Origin: a virus | Taxonomy: Duplodnaviria; Caudoviricetes | DNA length: 64,000 nucleotides | Strand: one strand, 5' to 3' | Virus record (IMG/VR): IMGVR_UViG_3300046004_001292 | Coordinates: 1,395-65,394 of that record | In this document: in pieces, positions 18,055 to 27,789 of the stretch | How the letters are laid out: the number at the start of each line of letters is the position of its first letter | How positions within the stretch are numbered: position 1 is the first letter of the stretch | Translations under genes and position numbers: made by a program | The notes under the pieces: model-generated | The model's database searches: none | What the model saw: the letters and a program-made list of their open reading frames with translations, nothing else | What the model was told of the DNA's origin: nothing

Positions 18055-19791
18055 TTATGGGCGAGTCGGTTTGTCGATGTCAACCGCAGCCGGGGGCGCA
18101 TAGAACGCGGCAGATGTGCGACGGAACTGGTCCAGTGTGAGTGGCTTTTCCATGTTCTTTTCACGACGACCGTTTTCTTCCAAGAACAGTTTGAGCAACT
18201 GCGTGCCTTGCTTGTCGCCCGTAAGTTCTTTGTACTTGGTCATACCGGAGGCAAAGCGCTCCGCATCTGTCGTACCCGTTCCCAAAAGCATTGCTGCGCG
18301 GGCCTCTGCAGGAAGCGCCCCTGCCCGGGCGTTTGCGCCGCGCTCTTGCATGGCCGCAATGCTTTCGCGTGAAGCCAGCTCCGCCTTCTTCTCTTGTCCC
18401 GACATGTACGATGTGAACGTAGCCTCCGCCTGTTTCCTGTTCATACCGTATACGTCTTTGGCAAAACCAAAAACCATCTTTTGGCCTTCAAGAATGGCGC
18501 TGTCACGATCTTTTTCTAGCGCACGAATCTCACGGCTGTTGAGGTCTTTCCGGTTCAGACGCAGCTCAGAGATTCGGTCGTTGGCCTCATCCAAACGCTC
18601 CTGCGCTGCGCGCAGGTCTTTGATACCGGCGGCGTACTGGGCCGTACCGACCTGCGCACCTTTACCGATGGCCTCCATCAGCTTGCCCGGAGTGGACATG
18701 ATTGCAAGACCTGCGTTGAGTAGGGCCAGTCCGGTGTTTTCATTTTTCTGCGCCGCAAGGCCCTTGGCGCGTTCAACAAGTCGATCGGAACGGTCTTTGT
18801 ACACATCCCCCTCAGACTCAATTTCTTTTTTGCGATCGTCAAGGCGCTGCTGCACTTGCATGTCCGCTTTGTTTCTGATTTCAACAAGCTGGTTGCTCAG
18901 TTCCCCGATTTTGTAGTTCGAGTCTCCCATGGCCTCCGCTTGCGCTTTCCGAATAGCGTCCATGCTAAACGGGTCAGCAGCAGGGCGTGCGGCAGGAGCG
19001 CCGATGCCCGAAACCTTGCGGCCCGTGTCAGCTTTGGCGGCTGCAGGCGCGGTGGGTTTTGGCTTGTCTGCGGCTTGCTTTGCTGCGCGCTCTGTCATGT
19101 ACAGGTTGGACGCAGCGTCGAACTGCGCCATGTCTTGCGCGGCACTGGCGTTGGCAGCGGCAGCGGTGTCGGCTTTTCCAATACGTGCTTGGTCTTCGGC
19201 CGACAAAGGTTGCCCTTTAAGCGCGCGGATACGTGCCTCTTGCACACGCTTGGCTTCGGTTGATTCGCCAAATTCCCTTGCCCAACGACGGAACAGTGGC
19301 TCGTCTTCTGCAGTGCGCGGCTGTGTTTGAAAGATGCTTGTGCCCGCAACAAAACCGGGGATGTCGCCTGTCAGCGACTGCGCGCCCCCACCAGCCTGAT
19401 ACCGTGCCACACCGCCCTCGGCCATCATCATGACGGGCTCTTGGCTGTAAGCCATACCGCCTTCGTCGTAGCCGTCATAGCCCGCGATGCCGCCGTCAGC
19501 CATCTGCTGCATGTTCTGTGCAGGTAGAGCCGCAAGCCCACCATCGGCCATCATGACCGGCTCTTGGGGAGCCATCTGGGCGATGGCCGCGTCAGCGACT
19601 TTGGGTTGCGGCTGCATACCTTGCATAGCTTGGCCAGCGGCACGCAGCTCTTTGCGGCGGTTGGATTCGGATGCAGCAAGCGACACGATGTACGGGTCAT
19701 TCTTGTGCATCTGCGCGTAGTTCTGCAGCGCCGAATCCGGCTGCAGTTTGGCCAGCATGGATGTGAGCTGGTTGACGTTGATTCCTGCCAT
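18055..19791 (-). CDS. Putative internal virion/ejection protein (578 aa)
   Basis: Position among large genes after the tail nozzle; tandem MADGG/MAEGG motifs; coiled coil; LALLNAGLAIM hydrophobic patch. Confidence 0.7.
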   Translation of the reverse strand: MAGINVNQLTSMLAKLQPDSALQNYAQMHKNDPYIVSLAASESNRRKELRAAGQAMQGMQPQPKVADAAIAQMAPQEPVMMADGGLAALPAQNMQQMADGGIAGYDGYDEGGMAYSQEPVMMMAEGGVARYQAGGGAQSLTGDIPGFVAGTSIFQTQPRTAEDEPLFRRWAREFGESTEAKRVQEARIRALKGQPLSAEDQARIGKADTAAAANASAAQDMAQFDAASNLYMTERAAKQAADKPKPTAPAAAKADTGRKVSGIGAPAARPAADPFSMDAIRKAQAEAMGDSNYKIGELSNQLVEIRNKADMQVQQRLDDRKKEIESEGDVYKDRSDRLVERAKGLAAQKNENTGLALLNAGLAIMSTPGKLMEAIGKGAQVGTAQYAAGIKDLRAAQERLDEANDRISELRLNRKDLNSREIRALEKDRDSAILEGQKMVFGFAKDVYGMNRKQAEATFTSYMSGQEKKAELASRESIAAMQERGANARAGALPAEARAAMLLGTGTTDAERFASGMTKYKELTGDKQGTQLLKLFLEENGRREKNMEKPLTLDQFRRTSAAFYAPPAAVDIDKPTRP

Positions 19792-19800
19792 GATTTTTCC

Positions 19801-20817
19801 TTATGCCATGTTGGCGATTGCCAAATCGGCCAGACCAGAACCTACGTAACCGCCACCGGCAAACGCGCCCAGCCTGCTTGCGCCAAGAGCTGCGGTGCCC
19901 AAACCGACGGCTTGCGACATCGTGGATGGTGGGGGTGTGAACATCGACTGCGACTGCTGTGTCAGAGGCAGGCCACGGATCATGTCGGACATAAAGCCCA
20001 ACTGCTGGTACGGGCGCTGCTGCGCGTTCAGGAAGTCTTGGTACTGTGCGCCGAGGATGTTCTGCACCTGCTGTTGCTGCTGCCCGCCGTACTGGTTCTG
20101 CAGCTTGTTGATGTCCAGCATCTGCCCGGTGTACTGCCCGCCAAGCGTGCCAAGTTGACCGGCTGCCCCCAGCGCCAGTTGACCGCCTTGCATACCGAGG
20201 CCCGCACCGTACTGCGAAGACTGCTCGCGCAACTGCGCGGCTTGTTGTGCAGCTTGCTGCTCAGCGTTGAACTGGCTCATGGCTTGGCTATAGGCGTCCT
20301 GTGTGCCCTTGTTCTGGATGTCGCCCATCTGCATGGCCAGATTGCGCTGAGCCTCGGCGTTCTCGATGGCTTGGCGGGCACCACCAAACGCACCAGCCCC
20401 TGCAGCTTTGGCACCGCGCTGAGTGCCCGCAATGTCTGCTTGGCGCTGCGCTTCGCGCTTGTTGATGTCCACCACCTGCTGCATGTACGGCGACATGTAC
20501 TTGTCCGCAGCGCCGGGCTGCGTGAAGCTCTGCGACTGGTATTGCGATGGGCCGTACTGCGTGCCCAGCCCGCGCTGCGCTGCCAACTGGGCAAGACCTG
20601 TGGCCTGCTCGATCTGAGCGGCTGGGGCCATGGAGCCGATGTTTGCAAACGACTGTTGCTGCAGGGGGTTGAACTGCGCATAGCGCTCGCCTTGGTACTG
20701 CAGGTACGGGTTGGACGACAGGTCTGTAAGACCGGCTGCCTGCCCCAGAAGCGTTTCCGCATAGGGCTTGAGTACGTCGGAAAAACCGTACTGCGTTTCG
20801 GTGGTTGTGGTTGCCAT
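19801..20817 (-). CDS. Putative ejection/DNA-transfer protein (338 aa, Q/A/G-rich)
   Basis: YMSPYMQQVVD and GAFGGARQ motifs; C-terminal glycine zipper and FAGGG. Confidence 0.7.
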   Translation of the reverse strand: MATTTTETQYGFSDVLKPYAETLLGQAAGLTDLSSNPYLQYQGERYAQFNPLQQQSFANIGSMAPAAQIEQATGLAQLAAQRGLGTQYGPSQYQSQSFTQPGAADKYMSPYMQQVVDINKREAQRQADIAGTQRGAKAAGAGAFGGARQAIENAEAQRNLAMQMGDIQNKGTQDAYSQAMSQFNAEQQAAQQAAQLREQSSQYGAGLGMQGGQLALGAAGQLGTLGGQYTGQMLDINKLQNQYGGQQQQQVQNILGAQYQDFLNAQQRPYQQLGFMSDMIRGLPLTQQSQSMFTPPPSTMSQAVGLGTAALGASRLGAFAGGGYVGSGLADLAIANMA

Positions 20818-20826
20818 GACTGTTCC

Positions 20827-23277
20827 TCAAGCAGGGAGATGTTTGTCGGCGCGGCTGTTGGCCGCTACGCGGTTCTTGCCGGTGGTCTTGCCCCGGGCTC
20901 TTTGCACACGGTCCATCATGGCGTACAGCTTGCGCGCACCTGCTTCTGTGGAGCCGTTGCCCAGTTCAGAGACGATGCGCGCAGGCACCACGAACTCACC
21001 GTCGGCCAAGCGTGCGGGTTGCTTGCCGCCAATTGTTGCAGGGATGTCGTCAGACACGCCGTCACCGGGGCCGCGCAGCAAGCGCCCGCCATCAGAGTAG
21101 CCGCCGAGGTTGTACTGGGAGGCCGCGCCACCGCCAGCCAACGCACCCAGACCGCCAAGGGCCATGCGGCGTGGCATCAAGCCCCCATTCTTTGCGGTGT
21201 CTCCGGCGGAACTTGCTGGTGGAGTCACGGTCGTCACAAGGGCTTCAGTAACCCATTTACGGTCCGTCGGGTTCCACACCCACTTCTTGCCTGCAGGAGG
21301 TGCCGTCTTGGGCGTAGCGTTCGGGTTGGTCAACTCGTCTGCCACCTTGGGGCCCTTGTAGGGGTTGTCCATGCCCACTGACTCCCAGTAGGGTTTGGCA
21401 ATTGGCGTGTTTGGCGGCAAGTACGGATTGGTTGGGTACGGGCCTTGGCCCATGAGGTACTGGTGCGCCTGCAGCGAGCCGCCAGTCATCACGTCTTCTG
21501 GGCGTGGGGTGACCGGTACGGGTGGGCGAGGATTTGTTGGGCCGGGGGTTGTTGGGCCGGGCGTTGTTCCGCCACCGCCACCGCCACCGGGACGTGGAAT
21601 GGGGTCTGCGCCAGCGCCGGTACGCATCAAGTTGCGGCGGGCCAGACGTTCATTTTCTTCACGGGCCTGTGTCAGCACGCGAGGGTCGGTGTAGGGGTCA
21701 ATGCCTTGCTTCTTGTACACGTCTGCCAGCGTGCCCTGACCCAGCGGGTTGGGCTGCTTCAGCATGTTGTCGAGGTACGCCTTGTCGTTGGTTGTTGCTT
21801 TGTAGTCGCTCATGCCGCCAAACGATGGGGCTGCGCCTGCCTGCAAGAAAATGTTTTGGTAGCCCTTTTCTGAGCCACCCATGGCCGTGGCGATGTCTTT
21901 GACGTTGACGCCGTACTGGTTCATCAGCTCCATCATTCTCTGGGGGTCGTCGCGGTTGTCCAGAAACCCAGCGCGGATGGCCTGCACCTGCTCGGGGCTG
22001 TATGCCTGCGAATAACCCTGCTCCACAGTGCCTGCGCTGACAGTTGGGCGAGAGTCGTACCCGCCGCCACCAACAACCGGGCCAGTGGGTGCATCCGCCA
22101 CATTAGAGCCGGGAGCAGAGCCCACGTTGCCGTATGCACGGGCTCGTTCGACATCGGCGTTGCTCACACCGTATTGGGCCTGCGCAGCAGCAAGCGCTTC
22201 GGCTGACGGGTTTGTTTGCAAGTATGCGTTGATGCTGGCCAGTTGCTCTTCGGTCATTCCGCCGTCAGCAAAAGCAATCGCTCCGCCGTTGGCGAGGGCC
22301 ATCAAACCGCCAGCTTTGCGGCCGATCGGCGTGCGGGCGTTGGGGTCGCGGGCGTTGGTGTACTCTGACAGGTTGCGTGTGCCCCACTCACTGGCTTTGA
22401 CAGGGTCGAAGTACTCGTATTTGCCAGTGCGCCAGTCGTAGCGGGCCGGGCGGATGTAGCCGGGGTCACGCTTGGTTTCAGGCAAGCCTTCTTCGTCTTC
22501 CGGTGCCATCAGGGCGGATGCGCCTGCGGCATACAGCGCCTTCTTGTTGGCCTTGGCAAACTCGCCAAACGTACCCTTGTCGTAGATGCTCTGCGCGCCT
22601 TGCTTCAACGCTTCCAGCCCTGTGGGTGGTGCGGCACTCTGGAACCCGGCCGTTGCAATTTGTTCTGCCACGGGCATTTGAGTGGTGGTCGCAATCTCAA
22701 CCGGCGTAGCGCCCGCACTCATCAACGCTTGTTGTTGCGCAGAGGCTGCTTCAGCGGCTCCGGCGGTTCCGGTCGTACTTGCTGTTGTAGTAGCCGTGGC
22801 AGGCATGCCCGCACCAGCGAGTTCCGCCGGAGTAGCGCCCGCACTGATCAGTGCTTGATTCTGAGCAGAAGTTGCGGCGGACTGTTTCATCGCCTCCTGT
22901 GCGGCAACTTCGCTCACACCCGCGTTGGCCAGACTGCCAGCCAAACCCGCCCCACCGTACGCACCCAGCCCGGCCAAGAGGCCTTCTTTCAAGCTGCCTT
23001 TGGCCAAGCCGTAACCGGCACCAACAACGCCCGCTGACATCATGGCCGACAAGCCGAAGCCTGCAGGGCCCAGTGCCGCGCCCAAAATCACCGGGAGCAA
23101 GGACTTCAGCTTGAACGCTTCGGGCAGGCCGGTCTCGGGGTTGATGGTCAGTTTTTCGCCGTGGGCGCGAGCAAGCGCGTGCAGGCCAGAAACCTCGCTG
23201 GGTGCCATGTGCACCAGCATCGTGTCGCCATAACGTCCCTTGGAGGACATGTCTTGGGCAAGGGCGTGTAAGCTCAT
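20827..23277 (-). CDS. Putative ejection protein (816 aa)
   Basis: N-terminal GRYGDTMLVH...INPETGLPEAF; glycine-zipper hydrophobic stretch; two xxGG clusters; C-terminal GPGDGVSDDIPA...LADGEFVVPA domain. Confidence 0.7.
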   Translation of the reverse strand: MSLHALAQDMSSKGRYGDTMLVHMAPSEVSGLHALARAHGEKLTINPETGLPEAFKLKSLLPVILGAALGPAGFGLSAMMSAGVVGAGYGLAKGSLKEGLLAGLGAYGGAGLAGSLANAGVSEVAAQEAMKQSAATSAQNQALISAGATPAELAGAGMPATATTTASTTGTAGAAEAASAQQQALMSAGATPVEIATTTQMPVAEQIATAGFQSAAPPTGLEALKQGAQSIYDKGTFGEFAKANKKALYAAGASALMAPEDEEGLPETKRDPGYIRPARYDWRTGKYEYFDPVKASEWGTRNLSEYTNARDPNARTPIGRKAGGLMALANGGAIAFADGGMTEEQLASINAYLQTNPSAEALAAAQAQYGVSNADVERARAYGNVGSAPGSNVADAPTGPVVGGGGYDSRPTVSAGTVEQGYSQAYSPEQVQAIRAGFLDNRDDPQRMMELMNQYGVNVKDIATAMGGSEKGYQNIFLQAGAAPSFGGMSDYKATTNDKAYLDNMLKQPNPLGQGTLADVYKKQGIDPYTDPRVLTQAREENERLARRNLMRTGAGADPIPRPGGGGGGGTTPGPTTPGPTNPRPPVPVTPRPEDVMTGGSLQAHQYLMGQGPYPTNPYLPPNTPIAKPYWESVGMDNPYKGPKVADELTNPNATPKTAPPAGKKWVWNPTDRKWVTEALVTTVTPPASSAGDTAKNGGLMPRRMALGGLGALAGGGAASQYNLGGYSDGGRLLRGPGDGVSDDIPATIGGKQPARLADGEFVVPARIVSELGNGSTEAGARKLYAMMDRVQRARGKTTGKNRVAANSRADKHLPA

Positions 23278-23278
23278 G

Positions 23279-23587
23279 TCAGACCTTTATTTTCAGTACT
23301 GTTGTGGCGCTGTCGTAGTAGACAGACCCCACACGGAGGTTAGCGTAGTCCGCATCGGTAGGCAAGCTGGCAATGAACGCCCCGGGAGTCGTCGGATCGG
23401 GTTGCGAAAAGCTCAACCCTGAGATGATTTCCGTGCCGTTGCGCTGCGTGGCTCCTGCCATTGGACCCGGAGAAACGAGCTGGTTGAAGAACAAGCGCAT
23501 CACGTTGGTGAGCCTGTCCATGTATTGACGATTGTATTCCTCTGGGGCCAGCGGAAGGTTGGGAGAGGTCGTATTAGATTGAGCCAC
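23279..23587 (-). CDS. Hypothetical virion protein
   Basis: LPLAPEEY motif; tightly coupled to the nozzle gene. Confidence 0.65.
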   Translation of the reverse strand: MAQSNTTSPNLPLAPEEYNRQYMDRLTNVMRLFFNQLVSPGPMAGATQRNGTEIISGLSFSQPDPTTPGAFIASLPTDADYANLRVGSVYYDSATTVLKIKV

Positions 23588-23590
23588 AGG

Positions 23591-25450
23591 TTATCTCCTA
23601 CCGTCAGGGCGAATGTCCATACGTGGTGCACCGAGCTGCCACGTGGTGCCAACTTGGCTGGAGTCCAGCTTGAAAATCAGCTGCCGACCGCGCACCCGGG
23701 TGTAAATCTGCCCGGTGAACTCCTCGGTGATCACGTACGTGCTGCCTTTGACCACGGCCTGACCGGCAGAAGCGGTGACCCCGGAGCCCGAGTTTGTGAG
23801 CCCTTGCAGGGTCATTGTGACCTGCGGGGCGGGGGAGGGCGAGGAGCCGCCAAACGTCAAGTCCGGGAGCACGCGCCAGACAAACCCGAAGTTGTGGCCG
23901 TCACCAATGTCAAACTCCGAAGACGAGATGTTCGACACAATGGGGGCGGGCATCGCTGTGGAGTTGTCGTCCACGCCGTCTTCGTGGTTGACGATGTTGT
24001 TGATGTAGGTTGCGGCAATCGGGTACGGCTGCAGGCCGGTGTCCAGCCACGCGGTGCGGCCCATGGTGCCGTAGTACCAGATTTTTTCGAGGTAGTTGTA
24101 GATGACATACCTGTCCACCACGGTGGAACCGGCCGAGCAGTAGAACCACCAGACCTCGTTGAAACCCTCGTTGGTGCCAGCAAACACCTGCGCGGCCTGA
24201 TCTTGGTTGAAGTCACTGAACACGTAGCGGCGCAGGTCGCAATTGAGCGTCTGCACCCGGCCGTCGTACGCGTAGAACTTGTCCACGCCCATCCAGTAAA
24301 TCACGCCAGAAGCCAGCGCCACGGCGTTGGGGCCCGCGATGGAGATGTTGTCCGCAAGCAATTGCGTGCCCCAGACATAGGGTGGCCCAAGGTACTGCAG
24401 CGAATACAGCGCCTGATCGGTGAACGTGACGATTTCCTGCCGGGTCTGGATGGCCGTGACAATTTCAGAGCCGTGTGACAGCCGGATGCTGCCTGCTTGG
24501 TTGGTGATGGCCGGAGCCCACGTAAAAGGGTCTTCCTGATCCGACCAGCGGATCAGCATGGGGTCGATCGTTGCCGCGCCGTAATCGTTGGTGCCAAACA
24601 CCAGCACAAAGCGGGACGAGTCCGATACGATGATTTTGTTTTGAAACAGCGGCGTGTCTGCGTCACCTGACACGGTCAAGTTGACCCCCCGAACAGTAAC
24701 TCCGGCTGAAGCGTCCCAGTAGTAAATGCCCCCGCCGCGCGGCCCAAAGATTAAATCTTCGCCAAAATTGAACTGGTTCCACAACTGCAAGGGGATCGGG
24801 TCTGCCGCTCCTGTCCCCCACGGGCCAGCACCCCAACCACCTGCGCCCCACCCAACAAGCGGGATTTGAATATCGGGGCCCGTGTTAAGTTGGTACGCAG
24901 CAACGACCGCTGCCCCGCCGCCGGGAGAACCTGACACGTCAGTGGCGTTGGCCACCGCAGAAACTGTGATGGTGTAGCTGTTTGCGCTCAGGACGGTGAC
25001 TTGGTGCTCCGCATTCAGCACGCCCGCTGTGATGTTGCCGCCAAGGCCTGCTGCCCCGCTGAAGGTCACAAAATCCCCAGTGAGGCAGCCATGTGCGGTG
25101 TCCGTGACGGTGATGACGCTGGAGCCCAGCGTGGCCACGAACGGGTTGTTGTTGATGGTGGGTGTGGCGCGGATTGGCGTGATGTCGTAGTACTGCCCGC
25201 CCAGATTGATGTAAAACTTCAGGTTTGTACCCACGCCCAGCAGGTTGGCTCCGCCAAGGGTGATCCAGTTCCACAGCGACCGGCAAACGCCCAAAAACGT
25301 GAACGCGCTGAAGCGTGTCCAGCCACCAATCTTCTCAGGGTTGCCTTGGCGAAAGCGCACCTTGTCGCACTCGTACCAACCCCCTTCGGTGGTGTACCGT
25401 GTGTTTTCCCGGTTGACCCCGGGTTTGAACAGTATTTTCTGAAGTGGCAT
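23591..25450 (-). CDS. Tail nozzle / P22 gp10-like stabilisation protein
   Basis: 619 aa, beta-rich, with IRWSDQE, YWMG and EVWWFY propeller-like motifs; located upstream of the ejection genes. Confidence 0.7.
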   Translation of the reverse strand: MPLQKILFKPGVNRENTRYTTEGGWYECDKVRFRQGNPEKIGGWTRFSAFTFLGVCRSLWNWITLGGANLLGVGTNLKFYINLGGQYYDITPIRATPTINNNPFVATLGSSVITVTDTAHGCLTGDFVTFSGAAGLGGNITAGVLNAEHQVTVLSANSYTITVSAVANATDVSGSPGGGAAVVAAYQLNTGPDIQIPLVGWGAGGWGAGPWGTGAADPIPLQLWNQFNFGEDLIFGPRGGGIYYWDASAGVTVRGVNLTVSGDADTPLFQNKIIVSDSSRFVLVFGTNDYGAATIDPMLIRWSDQEDPFTWAPAITNQAGSIRLSHGSEIVTAIQTRQEIVTFTDQALYSLQYLGPPYVWGTQLLADNISIAGPNAVALASGVIYWMGVDKFYAYDGRVQTLNCDLRRYVFSDFNQDQAAQVFAGTNEGFNEVWWFYCSAGSTVVDRYVIYNYLEKIWYYGTMGRTAWLDTGLQPYPIAATYINNIVNHEDGVDDNSTAMPAPIVSNISSSEFDIGDGHNFGFVWRVLPDLTFGGSSPSPAPQVTMTLQGLTNSGSGVTASAGQAVVKGSTYVITEEFTGQIYTRVRGRQLIFKLDSSQVGTTWQLGAPRMDIRPDGRR

Positions 25451-25481
25451 CGTTTACCTCGGCTTTGCGGCATTTTCGCAC

Positions 25482-26000
25482 TTAACTCAGGAACAGCGCA
25501 ATCTCAGCCTCCCGGCGCTTGACCAGCCCGGGGAGAACCTTGCCGCCGCCCTTGGTCCACGCCCGGAACGCCTCGGCTGCGCCGTCCCAATCACCCCGGT
25601 TGGCCTTCATGCGGATGGTGCTGCGCTGGAGGTTGCCTAGCCCGAAGTTGAACGATATAGATACCAAAGCGTCAAAGCTGCCTTGCCTGCCAACAACGCC
25701 GGGAACAAGACGAAGAACACCCCGTTCAAAAGTTCCGACATCAACACGGAATAGTTCGTCGATCTCTTCTTTCGTCCAGACACGGTTGTCCTCCGGTTTC
25801 AGTGGCATTTCCTTGCGGATCATGGGGGTTGGCTTGCCTTCGACACGCATCACGGGGAGCCTGATCTGCTCTTGGTACAGGACATGGCCGTAGCCAATCG
25901 TCCAGATGTGCGCTGGGCACAAGTAAGGCCGAGAGCGTTTACCCTCGAACCGGTGCATCAGGTCTTCGCCTGCCCTGCTCAATTTCACTTCTTGCTCCAC
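25482..26000 (-). CDS. Endolysin, GH24 phage lysozyme
   Basis: FEG...YLCPAHIWTIGYGH catalytic E-x8-C-x5-T; FDALVS..FN.G; LPGLVKRREAE. The start may be GTG 25988. Confidence 0.92.
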   Translation of the reverse strand: MEQEVKLSRAGEDLMHRFEGKRSRPYLCPAHIWTIGYGHVLYQEQIRLPVMRVEGKPTPMIRKEMPLKPEDNRVWTKEEIDELFRVDVGTFERGVLRLVPGVVGRQGSFDALVSISFNFGLGNLQRSTIRMKANRGDWDGAAEAFRAWTKGGGKVLPGLVKRREAEIALFLS

Positions 26001-26491
26001 TGGCGGCTACCAAACCAGAACCCAATGATGCCGCCCAGCATGGCCATCTCATCAGCGCTGAAAATCAGGTCTGAGTAGCGGATGATGTCGTCAATGCTGG
26101 TGATCAGACCCGGCTGCTGGTACAGGTACCAAGCCATAAAGGCGTTGATGCAAACCAGCTCGGCCACAAAGATGTAGGTCACCGTTGGGCGCACAGTGCC
26201 CACGTAGTTGGAGACCCATGTGGAGGCCTTCTCAAGCACCTTGGCGTCATGCTCAAGAGCCGCCTCGGTCATCCGGGCGTCGGTCTCCATGGCAACTTGA
26301 TCGGTGCGGACCTCTTCGATCTTCAGTTGGGCGGCAAAACCCTGCGCGGCCATAGCCAGCTCACGCTCGTTTTGAAGTGCAGCCAGCCGAAGCTCGTGCG
26401 CTTGGTCGGCCTTGTTCTGGAAGAATTCCAGAAGTTTTGGGAGACCGGAGATCAGCAAACCCCCAAGAGTTGAAAACAGTGAAAGCATCAA
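25985..26491 (-). CDS. Putative holin (multi-TM)
   Basis: Hydrophobic N-terminus, VRPTVTY, two further TM segments and a FWFGSR ending; adjacent to the endolysin. Confidence 0.65.
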   Translation of the reverse strand: MMLSLFSTLGGLLISGLPKLLEFFQNKADQAHELRLAALQNERELAMAAQGFAAQLKIEEVRTDQVAMETDARMTEAALEHDAKVLEKASTWVSNYVGTVRPTVTYIFVAELVCINAFMAWYLYQQPGLITSIDDIIRYSDLIFSADEMAMLGGIIGFWFGSRQWSKK

Positions 26492-27105
26492 TGACCCCTT
26501 TTAACAAGCATGTTTGCTGCAATGTCCAGCATGGAGTGGACGTGCTCCATGTTCTGCGGCTGCTCTACCCAGCCAGCCGTAATCTGCCCAATGAACCTGC
26601 TGCGATCTGGCGGTATGCTGATACGGCAGGTGAACGAAACGCCCTGCGCAATATACCAAATGCCCAACTCCGACTGCGCCCTCAGATATGGACTGCACGG
26701 CGTCTCACCCGCCATCAACTTCACCACGTCGTTGTTGTTTGCCACGTTTGTTGTGAACAGGCCAACATCCAAACCTTCCATCTCCTTACTGCGCCCGTCC
26801 TTGGTGTACAGGCGGTACAAGACCCGTGTGCCAAAAATTGGGTTGACCTTGAAGATGGCAACAAACTTGGCGTCGGTCTGTTTGAACAAAACACTTGCCG
26901 CATCGTCAACCCGATCTTCATGGATCACGGGCATCTTTTTGTTCTCTTGGTAAGCACCAATCAACACCGTCTGGTTCTGCCAGACAAAGTACCCGGCAAA
27001 CGCAACCAGACCCATGACGAGGATGGCGACCAGCTTAAAGGGCGAATCAACATAAGCCAGCACCTTGTCCAGCACGCCAAGAGCTTTATCGCCAGAATCC
27101 GCCAT
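26488..27105 (-). CDS. T4 holin T-like protein (single TM plus periplasmic GAF-like domain)
   Basis: LGVLDKVL amphipathic helix, one TM, then ..AKFVAIFKVNP.. and FIGQITAGW, recalling T4 gpT blocks; lies in the lysis cassette. Confidence 0.6.
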   Translation of the reverse strand: MADSGDKALGVLDKVLAYVDSPFKLVAILVMGLVAFAGYFVWQNQTVLIGAYQENKKMPVIHEDRVDDAASVLFKQTDAKFVAIFKVNPIFGTRVLYRLYTKDGRSKEMEGLDVGLFTTNVANNNDVVKLMAGETPCSPYLRAQSELGIWYIAQGVSFTCRISIPPDRSRFIGQITAGWVEQPQNMEHVHSMLDIAANMLVKRGH

Positions 27106-27193
27106 TCAAACTCCAGATCAACACTTTGGCGCACCACACCGCCAGCCCAACAATAAGGGCCGCTGCAAAGAATGCTACGGCCCAGTCTTTCAT
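27086..27193 (-). CDS. 35-aa single-TM peptide (not in ORF track)
   Basis: MKDWAVAFFAAALIVGLAVWCAKVLIWSLNGGFWR*; ATGA overlap with the upstream gene. Confidence 0.5.
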   Translation of the reverse strand: MKDWAVAFFAAALIVGLAVWCAKVLIWSLNGGFWR

Positions 27194-27789
27194 GGCACCG
27201 TGGCGGGGGTGGTTGTGGTCGTTGTGGTGTTGGTGCTGGTCACCACAGTTGGAGTAGCCGTATTGTCAGTAATACTGCCACCAGCAAGGCGACCACTGTT
27301 GCCAGAGTTTGACCCACTGTTTGCTCCTATTGAGTAAGAACCTGCGCCGATTACACCATTTCCACCAATAGTCGTCACGTTGGCTGCTGGCGCTTGAATC
27401 TTGGATGCAATGCCGACAAACGCTGCGTTGGTGCTGACACCCAGAGCTGTTGCATTGTCAGACTGGCGCATGCCCAGCGTGGTCTGCTTGTTCACGGTAT
27501 ACACCTGCCCGATGGTTGGCAGCAACAAGCCGGTCCACTGCATGGCGTAGTCGGCCCACGACTTGGGAGCAGCAATCTGAGCGTTCTGCTGACCGCCGCC
27601 CATCTGCAAGGACATGACCGCCGCAACCTTGGCCGTGGTGTCGCCTTGACGGGCGATATCAGCCAGAGCTTGGTAACGCGCCGTTTGGGCCGCTGCTTGC
27701 GCTTTGTGGGCGTCAGCATAGGCTTGGTACTCGGCAGTGGCGCAGCCTGTCAGGGACAGGGCGCAGAGGATGATGGCGATCAGTTTCAT
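27190..27789 (-). CDS. Lipoprotein
   Basis: Signal peptide MKLIAIILCALSLTGC with LTGC lipobox; Thr-rich tail. Confidence 0.75.
   Translation of the reverse strand: MKLIAIILCALSLTGCATAEYQAYADAHKAQAAAQTARYQALADIARQGDTTAKVAAVMSLQMGGGQQNAQIAAPKSWADYAMQWTGLLLPTIGQVYTVNKQTTLGMRQSDNATALGVSTNAAFVGIASKIQAPAANVTTIGGNGVIGAGSYSIGANSGSNSGNSGRLAGGSITDNTATPTVVTSTNTTTTTTTPATVP

Noticed and set aside
18905-18940. GTTCGAGTC resembling a tRNA T-loop
   Set aside because: There is no T-stem or cloverleaf, and it lies inside a CDS.
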